From an uncultured Candidatus Saccharibacteria bacterium (GTDB taxonomy: Bacteria > Patescibacteriota > Minisyncoccia > Phycocordibacterales > UBA2100), in assembly GCA_964584225.1 (NCBI GenBank), contig CAZOZG010000001.1, positions 21,652-85,651 of the forward strand: 64,000 nucleotides of DNA, read 5' to 3'. A model generated the notes under the pieces. The model saw only the letters and a list, made by a program, of their open reading frames with translations. It searched no databases and was not told where the DNA came from. Positions 62,606 through 64,000 of the stretch are shown piece by piece (within the stretch, counting starts at the first letter, position 1; each line of letters begins with the position of its first letter). Made by a program: the position numbers and the translations under genes.

Positions 62606-63739
62606 ATGAAGAAAAACGATGTGTCGAAGAAGGCGCTCGCGTTGCACAAAAAGCTTGGTGGCAAAATCAGAATTGAACCAGCGACTCCGGTGCGTAATCG
62701 CACAGATCTCTCGCTCGTGTACACACCTGGCGTCGCTGCAGTTTCTTCATACGTTGCAAAAAATCCTAGAGCTGCGCGCGACTACACGATCAAGGGTCGT
62801 GCGGTCGCCGTGATTTCTGATGGCTCTGCGGTTCTCGGGCTTGGAAATATTGGTGCGCTCGGGGCGTTGCCTGTGATGGAAGGCAAGTGCATGATTTTCA
62901 AATCGTTTGCTGGTGTCGAAGCAATTCCTCTCGTCTTGGACACACAGGATCCGGACGAAATTGTCGAGACGGTGATTCGCGTCGCACCCGCATTCGGGGG
63001 GATTAATCTCGAAGACATCGCCGCGCCAAAATGTTTTGATATTGAAAAAAGAATCGTCGATGCACTCACTATTCCAGTGATGCACGATGATCAGCACGGC
63101 ACGGCGATCGTGGTCGTCGCAGCGCTACTGAATGCGCTCAAAGTGGTGGGTAAAAAAATGACGAATGTGCGCATCGTGGTACTGGGCGCGGGAGCCGCGG
63201 GAGCGGCGACCGCGCATCTTTTGCATGCAGCGGGAGCAAAAAATATCATCGTGCTCGATAGCAAGGGCGTCGTCGATTCGAAGCGGCCGGAGTCGCACAA
63301 GAAAGAGTTGGCGAAGCACAACAAACACCAGATCCGCGGTGGTCTCCGCGATGCACTCAAAGGCGCCGATATTTTGCTCGGCGTTTCCGGTCCCAATCTT
63401 GTCACGGCTGCCGATGTTAAGCTCATGGCAAAAAAGGCGATTGTGCTTGCTATGGCGAATCCGGTCCCTGAAATCATGCCGGATGAGGCGAAGAAGGGTG
63501 GCGCTGCGATCGTCGGAACTGGCCGCTCTGACTTTCCAAACCAAATCAATAACTCGCTCGCATTTCCGGGTGTGTTCCGCGGCGCGTTGGACAATCGAGT
63601 ACGGAAAATTACCACACAAATGAAATTGAACGCTGCAAAAGCAATTGCGGCGCTCGTGCAAAAGCCGTCGACCAACAAAATCGTTCCTGACATGTTCGAC
63701 AAACGCGTTGCGCCAGCTGTCGCCAAAGTGATTCGTTAG
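62606..63739 (+). CDS. NAD(P)-dependent malic enzyme (short form)
   Basis: 377 aa; LSLVYTPGVA, GINLEDI and VVLGAGAAG Rossmann motifs. Confidence 0.85.
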   Translation: MKKNDVSKKALALHKKLGGKIRIEPATPVRNRTDLSLVYTPGVAAVSSYVAKNPRAARDYTIKGRAVAVISDGSAVLGLGNIGALGALPVMEGKCMIFKSFAGVEAIPLVLDTQDPDEIVETVIRVAPAFGGINLEDIAAPKCFDIEKRIVDALTIPVMHDDQHGTAIVVVAALLNALKVVGKKMTNVRIVVLGAGAAGAATAHLLHAAGAKNIIVLDSKGVVDSKRPESHKKELAKHNKHQIRGGLRDALKGADILLGVSGPNLVTAADVKLMAKKAIVLAMANPVPEIMPDEAKKGGAAIVGTGRSDFPNQINNSLAFPGVFRGALDNRVRKITTQMKLNAAKAIAALVQKPSTNKIVPDMFDKRVAPAVAKVIR

Positions 63740-63757
63740 GCCTATAATCGCCACATT

Positions 63758-63830
63758 GCGCCCGTAGCTCAACGGTTAGAGCACAGAGCTTATACCTCTG
63801 GGGTTCCTGGTTCGAATCCAGGCGGGCGTA
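63758..63830 (+). tRNA. tRNA with anticodon UAU (reads AUA; tRNA-Ile by anticodon)
   Basis: Manual cloverleaf: acceptor GCGCCCG/CGGGCGU (G1-U72 wobble); D arm GCTC-AACGGTTA-GAGC; anticodon arm CAGAG-CTTATAC-CTCTG; variable loop GGGTT; T arm CCTGG-TTCGAAT-CCAGG; discriminator A; CCA not encoded. TATAAT at 63744-63749. Confidence 0.8.
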
Positions 63831-63872
63831 CATGAAACAAAATAGTGCCTACGCACTGTTTTGTTTCATGTA
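63831..63872 (+). terminator. long hairpin catgaaacaaaatagtgc-ctac-gcactgttttgtttcatg after the tRNA
   Basis: About 18-bp nearly perfect stem directly after the tRNA 3' end. Confidence 0.55.
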
Positions 63873-64000
63873 CGAGGCGGAGCGATGCGAGCCGCAGCGG
63901 CGGCGAACCGCGAGCCGGGGTCGCGGAATTTTTTCCGCTACGGCGGACGAAATATCCGTGACTAGAGACGTGATACGATGCGTCGATGGAAATTACGACG

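Noticed and set aside
63609-63833. 74-aa minus-strand ORF
   Set aside because: It overlaps the tRNA gene and the end of the malic-enzyme gene; an artefact.
1-64000. Searched for CRISPR arrays, IS elements/transposases, integrases and rRNA genes
   Set aside because: No direct-repeat/spacer arrays, no transposase- or integrase-like ORFs and no rRNA-like segments were seen. The only repeats are the paralogous gene modules, the two structured elements, the tmRNA flanks and the repeated terminator hairpin (2158 and 5442).

Overview
This is a GC-rich bacterial window of about 58% GC. Its backbone is the universal ribosomal-protein supercluster (tuf, rpsJ, rplC-rplD-rplW-rplB, rpsS through rplE, rpsN(Z) through rplO, secY, adk, map), which is fragmented by at least five insertions of accessory DNA. 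The other backbone genes are purD, ndk, infC-rpmI-rplT (minus strand), lexA-dinB, smpB with an adjacent tmRNA, ftsH, pyrC, a malic enzyme, and a tRNA with a UAU anticodon. No rpmD (L30) is present, the r-protein genes are joined by short SD-less 'taatATG' junctions, and several r-proteins carry Lys/Ala/Arg-rich extensions. Together with giant glycine-rich surface proteins and a pilin-like fusion, this suggests a Patescibacteria/CPR-like organism, but that is inference only.

The most notable accessory content is as follows.
(1) A duplicated three-gene minus-strand module occurs at 7.2-8.2 kb and 12.4-13.4 kb. It combines an Xre/DUF2384-like protein, a small CPFC-motif membrane protein and a 26-29 aa hydrophobic micropeptide. 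The gene order is permuted between the two copies, and every gene is preceded by the same ~22-nt motif (consensus GCCGACCGGCACCCTAGCACAAAA on the + strand).
(2) A 9-kb island between rpsJ and rplC encodes an Lnt-like N-acyltransferase, two giant secreted Gly-rich proteins that share N-terminal, Gly-rich and C-terminal Ig-like modules and an identical C-terminal PTHSEH, small Cys-rich secreted proteins, and a membrane protein with an internal pseudopilin-like domain.
(3) Two copies of a ~170-nt structured intergenic element lie immediately upstream of rplD and rpsE. Their 14-15 bp inverted repeats differ in sequence but stay complementary (covariation).
(4) An atypical 401-aa RNase III-like gene and a convergent RHH gene are inserted between rplB and rpsS.
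(5) The tmRNA gene is bracketed by ~55-bp inverted repeats.
(6) Two paralogous secreted LAS/M15-like peptidases carry a Cys-rich module and a conserved C-terminal LKPFGG motif.

Two low-GC genes look horizontally acquired: the second S1 protease at 5503-6642 and a hypothetical protein at 39019-39561. No CRISPR array, IS element or integrase was seen.
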